Part shown: one piece after another, positions 53,821 to 64,000 of the stretch
Position numbering within the stretch: the first letter of the stretch is position 1
Layout of the letters: each line of letters begins with the position of its first letter
Made by a program: the position numbers and the translations under genes
Notes under the pieces: model-generated
What the model saw: the letters and a program-made list of their open reading frames with translations, nothing else
What the model was told of the DNA's origin: nothing
Databases searched by the model: none
NCBI GenBank assembly: GCA_951406725.2
Contig: OX597841.1
Coordinates: 5,518,001-5,582,000, forward strand
DNA length: 64,000 nt
Origin: Octopus vulgaris
Taxonomy: Eukaryota
Reading direction: 5' to 3'

Positions 53821-54435
53821 TCTCTCTATATTATAAAGCTGAAGTTGTCTGTGTATGCCTTCAACTGACACTATCTCCTCCGAGACCCTGCGGCGCAAGT
53901 TGACCAAAATTGAAAGTATGATCGAAGAAGGCTTGCTCTTTATACCGTAGAAGATAAAATTCAAATAGGACCATGTTAACACCAAAAATTATTTACATCA
54001 AAAAGGTGCTTTTTTTTTCTATGAAAATCCCTATTTTTTACTATTTATAAAGCTGAAGTTGTCTGTGTGTGTAAGGTTTGGTAGCCTTCAACTAACACTA
54101 TCTCCTCCGAGACCCTGCGGCGCAAGTTGACCAAAATTGAGAGTATGATAGAAGAAGGCTTGCTCTTCCTTCCATAGAAGAAAAAAATTCAAATCGGTCT
54201 ATGTTAACACCAAAAATTATTTACATCAAAAAGATGAATTTTTTTCTATGAAAATCCCTATTTTTTACGATTTTTTGACTGCTGTGTCGCCATTTTTCGG
54301 TGTATTTCAACCAGAAAAATGTTCACTTAAAGAGAATAACAAACTACATAATGCAAAATTTTTACTTTTAAAAAATTCCAATTCTAAAGGGTCGAAAGGA
54401 AAACAAGCCCGAGCAATGCTGGGCTATACTGCTTG
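53821..54435 (+). mobile_element. Non-autonomous Helitron (second subfamily, internal duplication)
   Basis: A|TCTCTCTATA start, hairpin CCCGAGCAATGCTGGG, degenerate CTTG|T end. ~210-bp internal direct repeat. Confidence 0.72.
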
Positions 54436-54628
54436 TACAAAATATTTCTCAAACTCAATCATATAACTAACGTGGCAATGATAGACAGTCAAAAAATTAG
54501 CTCCAAAGCACGAAATAGCGGCAAAATCACGCACAAATCTGACAAGTTTCATGTATAAAAGGTAAGACACGTCAAAAACGAACGACTACAATATTAGAAG
54601 ATAAAATGCTTTCTTGTATAATACTTAC

Positions 54629-54860
54629 GGAAATGGTTTATAAAGGAAATTATGATAACTGTGGTGTGCGTGGTAGTTGAGAAATGTACTATAACTGCGT
54701 AGAATTGTTGGAAATGTATTATAGCAGTATATGTGTGTGGGGGGACGAGAAATGTTTAATAGCTACATGATACTTGATTAAAAAGAATTCATTAAAGAGA
54801 CAATATTTTGGAAGTGAATGTAGAAACGGAAGCCCAGTTTAGCGCACCTGCCGACCTCTT
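54629..54860 (-). promoter_or_regulatory. Promoter and exon 1 of ZNF5
   Basis: Paralogous module with donor ACTTAC at 54623-54628, a CGGAAG, and a degenerate GCGCACCTGC. Confidence 0.55.
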
Positions 54861-54954
54861 TCATGAAAGAATTTTTTTTTTTAAGCAATTTACGGGAGAT
54901 AACTCCTTTCAGAGCTTCTTTTTCCCTCAGGTGAACCTGGTAAAGAATAGTATG

Positions 54955-55730
54955 TATTTTTTTATTGTCCACAAGGGGCTAAACATAGAGGGGACAAACA
55001 AGGACAGACAAATGGATTAAGTCGATTATATCGACACCAGTGCGAAACTGGTACTTTATTTATCGACCCCGAAAGGATGAAAGGCAAAGTCGACCGCGGC
55101 GGAATTTGAACTCAGAACGTAACGGCAGACGAAATACCTATTTCTTTACTACCCACAAGGGGCTAAACACAGAGGGGACAAACAAGGACAGACAAAGGGA
55201 TTAAGTCGATTACATCGACCCCAGTGCGAAACTGGTACTTTATTTATCAACCCCGAAAGGATGAAAGGCAAAGTCGACCTTGGCGGAATTTGAACTCAGA
55301 ACGTAACGGCAGACGAAATACCTATTTCTTTACTACCCACAAGGGGCTAAACACAGAAGGGACAAACAAGGACAGACAAACGGATTAAGTCGATTACATC
55401 GACCCCAGTGCGAAACTGGTACTTTATTTATTGATCCCGAAAGGATGAAAGGCAAAGTTGACCTCGGCGGAATTTGAACTCAGAACATAACGGCAGACGA
55501 AATACCTATTTCTTTACTACCCACAAGGGGCTAAACACAGAGGGGACAAACAAGGTTAGACAAACGGATTGAGTCGATTATATCGACCTCAGTGCGAAAC
55601 TGGTACTTTATTTATCGACCCCGAAAGGATGAAAGGCAAAGTTGACCTCGGCGGAATTTGAACTCAGAACGTAACGGCAGACGAAATACAGCTAAGCATT
55701 TCGCCCGGCGTGCTAACGGTTCTGCCAGCT
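54955..55730 (-). mobile_element. SINE-B tetramer (one head, four ~185-bp bodies)
   Basis: Junctions GACGAAATAC|CTATTTCTTT occur three times. Confidence 0.9.
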
Positions 55731-56210
55731 TAGTATGGTGGACAAGGACGAGAGGGTTGATGTCAGGCAACTTCATCGCTGGTCCTGCTTTGGTGGGATT
55801 CTTTATATTTCACCTAAAGAGACAAATAGGGCTGCAGTAAGAAAGTGTTTGATGAAAGATGGAAGAATGTCGTGTATAGAAGGTCTCTCGTGGATGCGAG
55901 ATAACCTTAAAAACCGAGGTCAGTGGAGAGGCGGGGTTCGTGGGGTCCGTAAACCCGCCCCACTCCATTTATGTAAAAAAACGTCCAGTGTGTTGTTTAC
56001 TCATTCGCTTATATAAAATCATGGTAAATTTTTATCGACCAGGCGCAAGAGTGGCTGTGTGGTAAGTAGCTTGCTAACCAACCACATGGTTCCGGGTTCA
56101 GTCCCACTGCGGGGCATCTTGGGCAAGTGTCTTCTGCTATAGCCCCGGGCCGACCAATGCCTTGTGAGTGGATTTGGTAGACGGAAACTGAAAGAAGCCC
56201 GTCATATATA

Positions 56211-56279
<69 letters not shown>

Positions 56280-56560
56280 GTATATGTTTGTGTGTCTGTG
56301 TTTGTCCCCATAGCATTGCTTGACAACCGATGCTGGTGTGTTTACGTCCCCGTCACTTAGCGGTTCGGCAAAAGAGAGACCGATAGAATAAGTACTGGGC
56401 TTACAAAAGAATAAGTCCCGGGGTTCGATTTGCTCGACTAAAGTCGGTGCTCCAGCATGGCCACAGTCAAATGACTGAAACAAGTAAAAGAGAGAGAGAA
56501 AGAGACCCCAAATAGCACCTTTATGTCTTTGTACGTCCTTTATGGATAATAAAAAAAATC
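55731..56560 (+). mobile_element. L1/Tx1-like LINE 3' end interrupted by SINE-A (56042-56502)
   Basis: LVWWTR...FHLKRQIGLQ...VFDERWKNV (frameshifted); tail CCTTTATGGATAATAAAAAAAA. GTGAACCTGGTAAAGAATA duplicated at 54931 and 56562. Confidence 0.55.
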
Positions 56561-57099
56561 AGTGAACCTGGTAAAGAATACCAGTCTTTGTAAGGTGTAC
56601 CAGGCTATAGTACTTTCTTCCGTGCTGTATGGAGTGAAATCTGGCCGGTCTATAGGGCTCAAGCAGACAAGTTCCCTACTTATGATGCAGGATTAACCAT
56701 AAGCCGTTTTGTTGCTCTTGGCTGTGCATATTTTCATAAATTTCCTCATAGCTGTATCGGCCCATTGATACTCTTCCTTTCTCATTTCTGTATTCCTTCT
56801 TTCTTTTCTTTGCCTGTTTGATTGATTTGTAAAATTGTTTTTCTTGGAATAAAAAAAGTCTATCTTTTTCTTCATTTGCCATGTTAGACCACTGAACTCT
56901 ACTACAAGTTTTTTTACCCTTTTTTTGATTATTTCCTCTTGTCCATTTCTGTTGAAGAGTATAGGCTCAGAATATGAAAGACTTTTTCATTTTTCCTGAG
57001 TGTCAAACTAATACCTTTGCTTGTTGTTCAAACACATGTCTTTCTCATTTGTGTTTCTATAAATTTCAACTAATACATATTTATTTATACATATAGAAG

Positions 57100-59535
57100 G
57101 CAACTGGACGAGTTAGAAGGCAACCGGACGTTTCTAAGGGACAACCTGCTGAGAGCCACTGACCAGATCTGTGGCTGGTGCAAAGTCCCCTCTTGTCCCA
57201 AGGTAACGTGGTGGTGGAACAATGTTGTAGACAGGACTATTAGAGAAAAGAGACAGGCTTGGAAGGACTGGAAGTATGGTGGTAGCATGGAATTGTATGA
57301 GACTGCCAAACGGGAAGCTAGGAGACAGGTTTATCTAGCCAGAGGGGAAGCAGATAAGAAAAAATTTGCCAATGTTCTGCACCGTGAGGACCAAAGACTG
57401 GAGGTGTTTCGTGTTGCAAGACAGTGTGTGAGAGAGAATTGTGATGTGGTAGGAGAGAAGTGTGTTCGCATGGAAGATGGTTCACTTGCGCTAAATGAGG
57501 ATGCAAAGAGAGAGGTCTGGAGACGCCACTATGAAAGGTTGCTGAATAAAGAAAATGAATGGGATAAAGAGAGTCTACCAAATGTTGACCCAACAGAGGG
57601 ACCAGCTATCCGAGTTGATAGTTCCTTGGTAGTTAAGGCAATTAGAAGCATGAAGACAGGGAAAGCCCCAGGCCTATCAGGAATCACTGCAGAGATGCTC
57701 AAAATATCTGGTAGTGTCGGCTATAGCCTAGTCACCCGTATAGTTAATCAGGTGATACACGAAGGAGTCATACCCAATGACTGGTGTAGCAGCATAATAG
57801 TCAACTGCTACAAAGGTAAAGGTGATGCCCTAGATACAAATAATTACAGAGGTATCAAGCTGTTGGATCAGGTAATGAAGGTTACGGAGAGGGTCATAGC
57901 CCAACTAATTAGAGAGAGAGTTAGTCTAGATGAGATGCAGTTTGGGTTCATGCCAGGGAAAAGTACCACTGATGCTATATTCCTGGTGAGGCAGCTGCAG
58001 GAGAAATACCTAGCCAAAGATAAGCCCCTGTACCTGCTTTTTGTTGATATGGAGAAAGCCTTCGACAGGGTCCCCTGATCCCTTATCTGGTGGTCAATGA
58101 GGAAACTAGGGATAGATGAATGGTTGATAGCTTCCGTTACCTAGGTGATCAAGTCAGTAGCAGGGGTGAGTGTGCTGAAAGTGTAAATGCTAGAGTAAGA
58201 ATAGCTTGGGCAAAGTTCAGAGAGCTCTTACCTCTGCTGGTGACAAAAGGCCTCTCGCTCAGAGTAAAAGGCAGACTGTATGACACATGTGTACGAACAG
58301 CCATGCTACATGGCAGTGAAACATGGGCCGTGACTGCTGAGGATATGCGTAAGCTCGCAAGAAATGAAGCCAGTATGCTCGGATGGATGTGTAATGTCAG
58401 TGTTCATACTCGACAAAGTGTAAGTACCTTGAAAGAAAAGCTGGACCTAAGAAGCATCAGATGTGGTGTGCAAGAGAGACGTTTGTGCTGGTATGGTCAT
58501 GTGGTGAGAATGGATGAAGATAGTTGTGTGAAAAAGTGCCACACCCTAGCAGTTGAGGGAACCTGTGGAAGAGGCAGACCCAGGAAAACCTGGGACGAAG
58601 TGGTGAAGCACGACCTTCGAACTTTAGGACTCACTGAGGAGATGACTAGAGACCGAGACCTATAGAAGTATGCTGTGCGTGAGAAGACTTGGCAGGACTA
58701 GTGAGACCATTACCCGTGGCCTCTACCTGGGATGTAGCCAGTCGACTTATGCATACCTTTCCTTCTTGGGACACAAAACTCCACTTGTGAAGACCCGTTG
58801 AGGCAAGTGGAAAACGGAAATCAAAATCAAAATCAAATGAAATGAAATGAAATCAGTAATCGAAGTCGATCAACATCAGTGGAAATTGCAGCTGCGATAC
58901 CAGTGCCGGTGACATATAAGCGTACCATCCGATAGTGGACGTGGCCAGTGCCGACCCTACTGGCCTCCGTGCTGGTGGGATGTAAAAGGCACCATCCGAT
59001 CATGGCCGTTGCCAGCCTCGCCTGGCCCCTGTGCCGGTGGCACGTAAAAAGCACCACCCGACCGTGTCTGTTGCCAGCGCTGCCCCGTCTGACCTCCGTG
59101 CTGGTGGCACGTAAAAAGCACCATCCGATCGTGGCCGTTGCCAGCCTCACCTGGTCCCCGTGCCAGTGGCACGTCAAAAGCACCACCCGACCGTGTCCGT
59201 TGCCAGCGCTGCCCCGACTGGCCTCTGTGCTGGTGGAGCGTAAAAAGCACCATCCGATCGTGGCCATTGCCGGCCTTGCCTGGCCCCCGTGCCGGCGGCA
59301 CGAAAAAGCACCATCCATCCGTGGCTGTTTGCCAGCCCCGTCTGGCACCTGTGCGGGTGGCACGTAAAAAGCACCCACTACACTCACAGGGTGGTTGGCG
59401 TTAGGAAGGGCATCCAGCCGTAGAAACACTGCCAGATCAGACTGGGCCTGGTGCAGCCTTCTGGCTTCCCAGACCCCAGTTGAACCATCCAACCCATGCT
59501 AGCATGGAAAGTGGACACTAAATGATGATGATGAT
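57100..59535 (+). mobile_element. RTE-clade LINE, 5'-truncated and internally deleted
   Basis: ORF 57287-58078 has KAPG, NYRGIKLL, QFGFMPGKST and FVDMEKAFDRVP. It jumps to the C-terminus (58120-58665) without the YADD region. Repetitive 3' UTR and (ATG)n tail. Confidence 0.92.
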
Positions 59536-59619
59536 ATACATCAAAAATGTGACCTCGTGTGTATCGTTGGCGATTTTTTTTCCTTTGTCTTCCCTTCTCT
59601 GGATCTTTCCTTCTCCTAT

Positions 59620-59654
59620 GTTTCCGACGAAGAGCTCCGCTCGAAACATTAAAC
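59620..59654 (+). ncRNA. Degenerate minimal hammerhead motif in a probable Penelope-like pLTR (~59540-59758)
   Basis: GTTT-CCGACGA-A-GAGC(TCC)GCTC-GAAACAT-T-AAAC. Core deviates from CUGANGA and the stem III palindrome is broken. Confidence 0.45.
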
Positions 59655-60170
59655 ACTCTTTCTTTCCTGAGCGTCCAATAATACTATATTTGTTCCACGT
59701 CCTCGCATTGTTGTGTTTTTTGTGCTTTCTTGTTTGGATTAACTGTATTTATATATATCCTTTTATGATGGGTGGAATTATTTTCTTTTATAATTTATGT
59801 ATTTAAATCTTAAGACAATAATTGTACAATCATATTATCATTGATCTCCGGGAACACACTTGTCATGTATTTAGCTAGAATGTCAAAATAAACCACTTTC
59901 TTGCCTCCGCAAATGTTATATGTAGGGTATATATTGCTCTTTGTTATTCAGAAGGCTACAGATAGATATAGCAAAAAATACATTGGAGACAAACATACTT
60001 CGAATACCTTTGAGATAAAAAGAAGTGAAATATAGGCAAACAATAACCAGTGGGTTTATAGGCTTTATTAATTACGATTTTTTTCTCAAATATAACAACA
60101 TTGGTTTCAACACATTCAAAACAGATTCAAAATCTAGAAGAAAGTGCTTTTATAAAAAATGTCACTCATA

Positions 60171-60582
60171 GGCGCAGGAGTGGCTGTGTGGTAAGTAGCT
60201 TGCTAACCAGCCACATGGTTCCAGGTTCAGTCCCACTGCGTGGCATCTTGGGCAAGTGTCTTCTGCTATAGCCCCGGGCCGACCAATGCCTTGTGAGTGG
60301 ATTTGGTAGACGGAAACTGAAAGAAGCCTGTTGTATATATGTATATATATATGTATGTGTGTGTATATGTTTGTGTGTTTGTGTTTGTCCCCCTAGCATT
60401 GCTTGACAACCGATGCTGGTGTGTTTACGTCCCCATCACTTAGCGGTTCGGCAAAAGAGACTGGTAGAATAAGTACTGGGCTTACAAAGAATAAGTCCCG
60501 GGGTCGAGTTGCTCGACTAAAGGCGGTGCTCCAGCATGGCCTCAGTCAAATGACTGAAACAAGTAAAAGAGTAAAGAGAGTA
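60171..60582 (+). mobile_element. SINE-A, full length
   Basis: Same structure as other copies. Confidence 0.9.
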
Positions 60583-60929
60583 AATGTAATTTATCTCAAG
60601 TGTAGGTGTTTTGATATAAAATACAGTGTGGGGAGGCTTTGGCCATACAGTTATGTCTCCTTTCTAAAGTGAAAACATTTACTGTTATAAATGAGGGTGT
60701 TTATTCCTGATTCTCATACCAAGAAATTTAACAGTAAACCATTTGTCCATGCTAAAGGAGGTTGGCATAATTAAAAGTTCAACCAGCTGTAAAAGACTAC
60801 CTCAGAAAGGCAGCTATGATGAGTGGTTTGGTTTATGTCATGTATATAAAGTTCAGAAAGCTAAGCCTGCCTTAACAATTTTCAGACTGATATAGTTACA
60901 CTGCTGTAGGAATACAAACATGTCCAGTT

Positions 60930-61625
<696 letters not shown>

Positions 61626-61635
61626 TAATCACAGG

Positions 61636-62027
61636 CGAGGCGCAATGGCCCAGTGGTTAGGGCAGCGGACTCGCGGTCATAGGATCGCGGTTTCGATTCC
61701 CAGACCGGGTGTTGTGAGTGTTTATTGAGCGAAAACACCTAAAGCTCCACGAGGCTCCGGCAGGGGATGGTGGTGATCCCTGCTGTACTCTTTCACCACA
61801 ACTTTCTCTCACTCTTACTTCCTGCTTCTGTTGTACCTGTATTTCAAAGGGCCGGCCTTGTCACTCTCTGTGTCACGCTGAATATCCCCGAGAATTACGT
61901 TAAGGGTACACGTGTCTGTGGAGTGCTCAGCCACTTACACGTTAATTTCACGAGCAGGCTGTTCCGTTGATTCGGAACAACCGGAACCCTCATCGTCGTA
62001 ACCGACGGAGTGCTTCCATCCATCATC
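61636..62027 (+). mobile_element. SINE-D, full length
   Basis: TSD AATCACAGG; A and B boxes; (CCAT/CAT)n tail. Confidence 0.9.
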
Positions 62028-62064
62028 AATCACAGGTAATGCAGTTATCACATTAATATGGCTT

Positions 62065-63585
62065 CTACCCTGTATGAACACGTTTGTGAGTAATGAGATT
62101 ACTACTTCCGGAGAAGGACTTACCACAGATATCACACTGACATGGCTTCTCCCCTGTATGACTACGGTCGTGCAGCCTTAAGTGACTACTTGTTGTAAAT
62201 GATTTACCACAGATATGACAGGAATAAGGTTTCTCTCCCGTATGAATACGTTTATGTATTATTAAAGAACCCCTAACGGAGAATGATTTGCTGCAGATAT
62301 CACACTGATATGGCCTCTCCCCTGTATGAACACGTTTGTGAGTAATGAGATAACTACATCTGGTGAACGTTTTACCGCAGATATCACACTGACATGGCTT
62401 CTCTCCTGTATGAATACGATGGTGCATCCTTAAGTGACTACTAGCAGCAAATGATTTACCACAGATATCACAACGATACGGCTTCTCCCCTGTATGAATT
62501 AACTTGTGAGAATTCAAAGCACTACTTTCAGAGAACGATTTACCACAAATACCACAGTGATGTGGCTTCTCTCCTGTATGAATACGTTGATGAGATGTTA
62601 AGGCACCACCGACAGAAAATGATTTACCACAGATATCACAGTGGTATGGCTTCTCTCCTGTATGAATACGTTTGTGTTTAGTCAGCTTACCACTTCCAGA
62701 GAAGGATTTGCCACAGATATTACACTGATATGGCTTCTCCCCTGTATGAATCCGTTTGTGATAAGTTAGGGTAGAAATCTGAGAGAATGATTCACCACAG
62801 ATATAACAGCTATACGGCTTCTCTCCTGTATGAATTCGCTTGTGAGAATTTAAAGCACTACTTCCAGAGAATGATTTACCACAGATATTACACTGATATG
62901 GCCTCTCTCCTGTATGTATACGCTTGTGAGACGTGAAGCTACTACGTATAGAGTATGATTTACCACAGATATCACAGCAGTAGGGCTTTTCTCCTGTATG
63001 AATACGGTTGTGAGAAATTAAATAATGAAACTGAGTGAATGATTTACCACAGATACCGCAGTGATTTGGTGTCTCACCTGTATGAATACGTTTGTGTGTA
63101 GTCAGGCTTGCATTCTGACAGAACGACTTGCCACAGATGTTACATTGAAACGGCTTTTCTCCTGTATGAACACGGCGGTGAGATATTAAGTTGGTATGCA
63201 CAGAGAATGATTTACCACAGATATCACAGCAATACGGATTCTCTCCTGTATGAATTCGCTTGTGAAAATATAAAGCACTCCCTCCAGAGAACGATTTACC
63301 ACAAGCACCACAGTGATATGGTTTCTCTCCTGTATGAGTACGTCTGTGTGTAGTTAGCTGTCCATTCTGTGAGAAGGATTTGCCACAGATATCACACTGA
63401 TATGGCTTCTCTCCTGTATGAACTCGACGGTGAGATGTTAAGTTACTATGTACAGAGAATGATTTCCCACAGATATCACAGCAATATTGTTTCTTCCGCT
63501 TATGTTTAATTAGGTTACCATTCTTGGAGGATGACTTTTCACAAATGTCTAATTCACACGATGGTTTTCCTGTATCTTTAGACAT
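62065..63585 (-). CDS. Poly-C2H2 zinc-finger protein ZNF6 (~17 fingers, 506 aa)
   Basis: Conserved MSKDTGKP start, tandem fingers, TAG in a linker. 5' UTR extends to the window end. Confidence 0.92.
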   Translation of the reverse strand: MSKDTGKPSCELDICEKSSSKNGNLIKHKRKKQYCCDICGKSFSVHSNLTSHRRVHTGEKPYQCDICGKSFSQNGQLTTHRRTHTGEKPYHCGACGKSFSGGSALYFHKRIHTGENPYCCDICGKSFSVHTNLISHRRVHTGEKPFQCNICGKSFCQNASLTTHKRIHTGETPNHCGICGKSFTQFHYLISHNRIHTGEKPYCCDICGKSYSIRSSFTSHKRIHTGERPYQCNICGKSFSGSSALNSHKRIHTGEKPYSCYICGESFSQISTLTYHKRIHTGEKPYQCNICGKSFSGSGKLTKHKRIHTGEKPYHCDICGKSFSVGGALTSHQRIHTGEKPHHCGICGKSFSESSALNSHKLIHTGEKPYRCDICGKSFAASSHLRMHHRIHTGEKPCQCDICGKTFTRCSYLITHKRVHTGERPYQCDICSKSFSVRGSLIIHKRIHTGEKPYSCHICGKSFTTSSHLRLHDRSHTGEKPCQCDICGKSFSGSSNLITHKRVHTG

Positions 63586-64000
63586 GTCTTCAAGAAAAAA
63601 TCAATTTCTTAAGTTTTTGACGGTTTTGCAATAATTTTTTTCTTTTCAAATCAAAATATTTCTACATTTCTATATATTTGTTGTTGATTTTGTTTCTATT
63701 ATGTATTCTTTGCCATTTTTTCAGCTGCTGTATTTCTGTCCAATGATACGTTTATCTAAAAACTTATGAAAATTTATCCAAGTTTAATTAAAGCACACAA
63801 ACTCACTTTGTATACACTCCAGATTATGACACAGAAAGTTTGTTAATAATCTCAGTTCAGAGCAAAATGTCATTGGAATTTTACAATGAATTCATAGAAA
63901 TAATGCTAGCTGTCTCTTCCATATAACATTTACATTCAGTCTTTAAATGGAGGTATGCTTTGAAGGTGCATCTTCTGTTAGTCCAATATCATCTATGATT

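Noticed and set aside
56941-56982. Third hammerhead (CTGTTGAAGAGT..GCTCAGAA)
   Set aside because: Several core positions are mutated; at most a dead relic.
58833-59492. GC-rich multi-frame ORFs (also 9488-9842, 16536-16963)
   Set aside because: This is the repetitive 3' UTR of the RTE LINE; no consistent frame across copies.

Overview
This is eukaryotic, AT-rich, repeat-dense DNA, most likely from a coleoid cephalopod (octopus-like); that assignment is an inference from the gene type and SINE/LINE content. The window is part of a tandem cluster of C2H2 zinc-finger genes: six intact-looking genes with about 15-24 TGEKPY-linked fingers and no KRAB/SCAN/BTB domain, plus one relic. Five of the six show the same duplicated unit in the window: an NRF1-like promoter, a non-coding exon 1, one intron and one large coding exon. 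Because the units are paralogous, they supply empty sites for many insertions. Insertions include three tRNA-headed SINE families, RTE, CR1-like and L1/Tx1-like LINE fragments, Penelope-like relics, non-autonomous Helitrons, and GG...CC (Merlin-like), piggyBac-like and mariner-like MITEs. A 4.35-kb satellite has grown out of one SINE tail. The most notable observations are: (1) a complete type I hammerhead ribozyme, sense in the intron of ZNF1, at the apex of a long inverted repeat; (2) a SINE family that multimerises, inserts antisense into itself at one fixed site, and carries 5' flanks from copies inside ZNF units; (3) block-wise finger shuffling between paralogs; (4) independent 3' finger trimming and start-codon turnover. 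All calls were made by eye, and repeat boundaries are approximate unless TSDs or termini are quoted. ZNF1-6 and SINE-A/B/D are my own labels.
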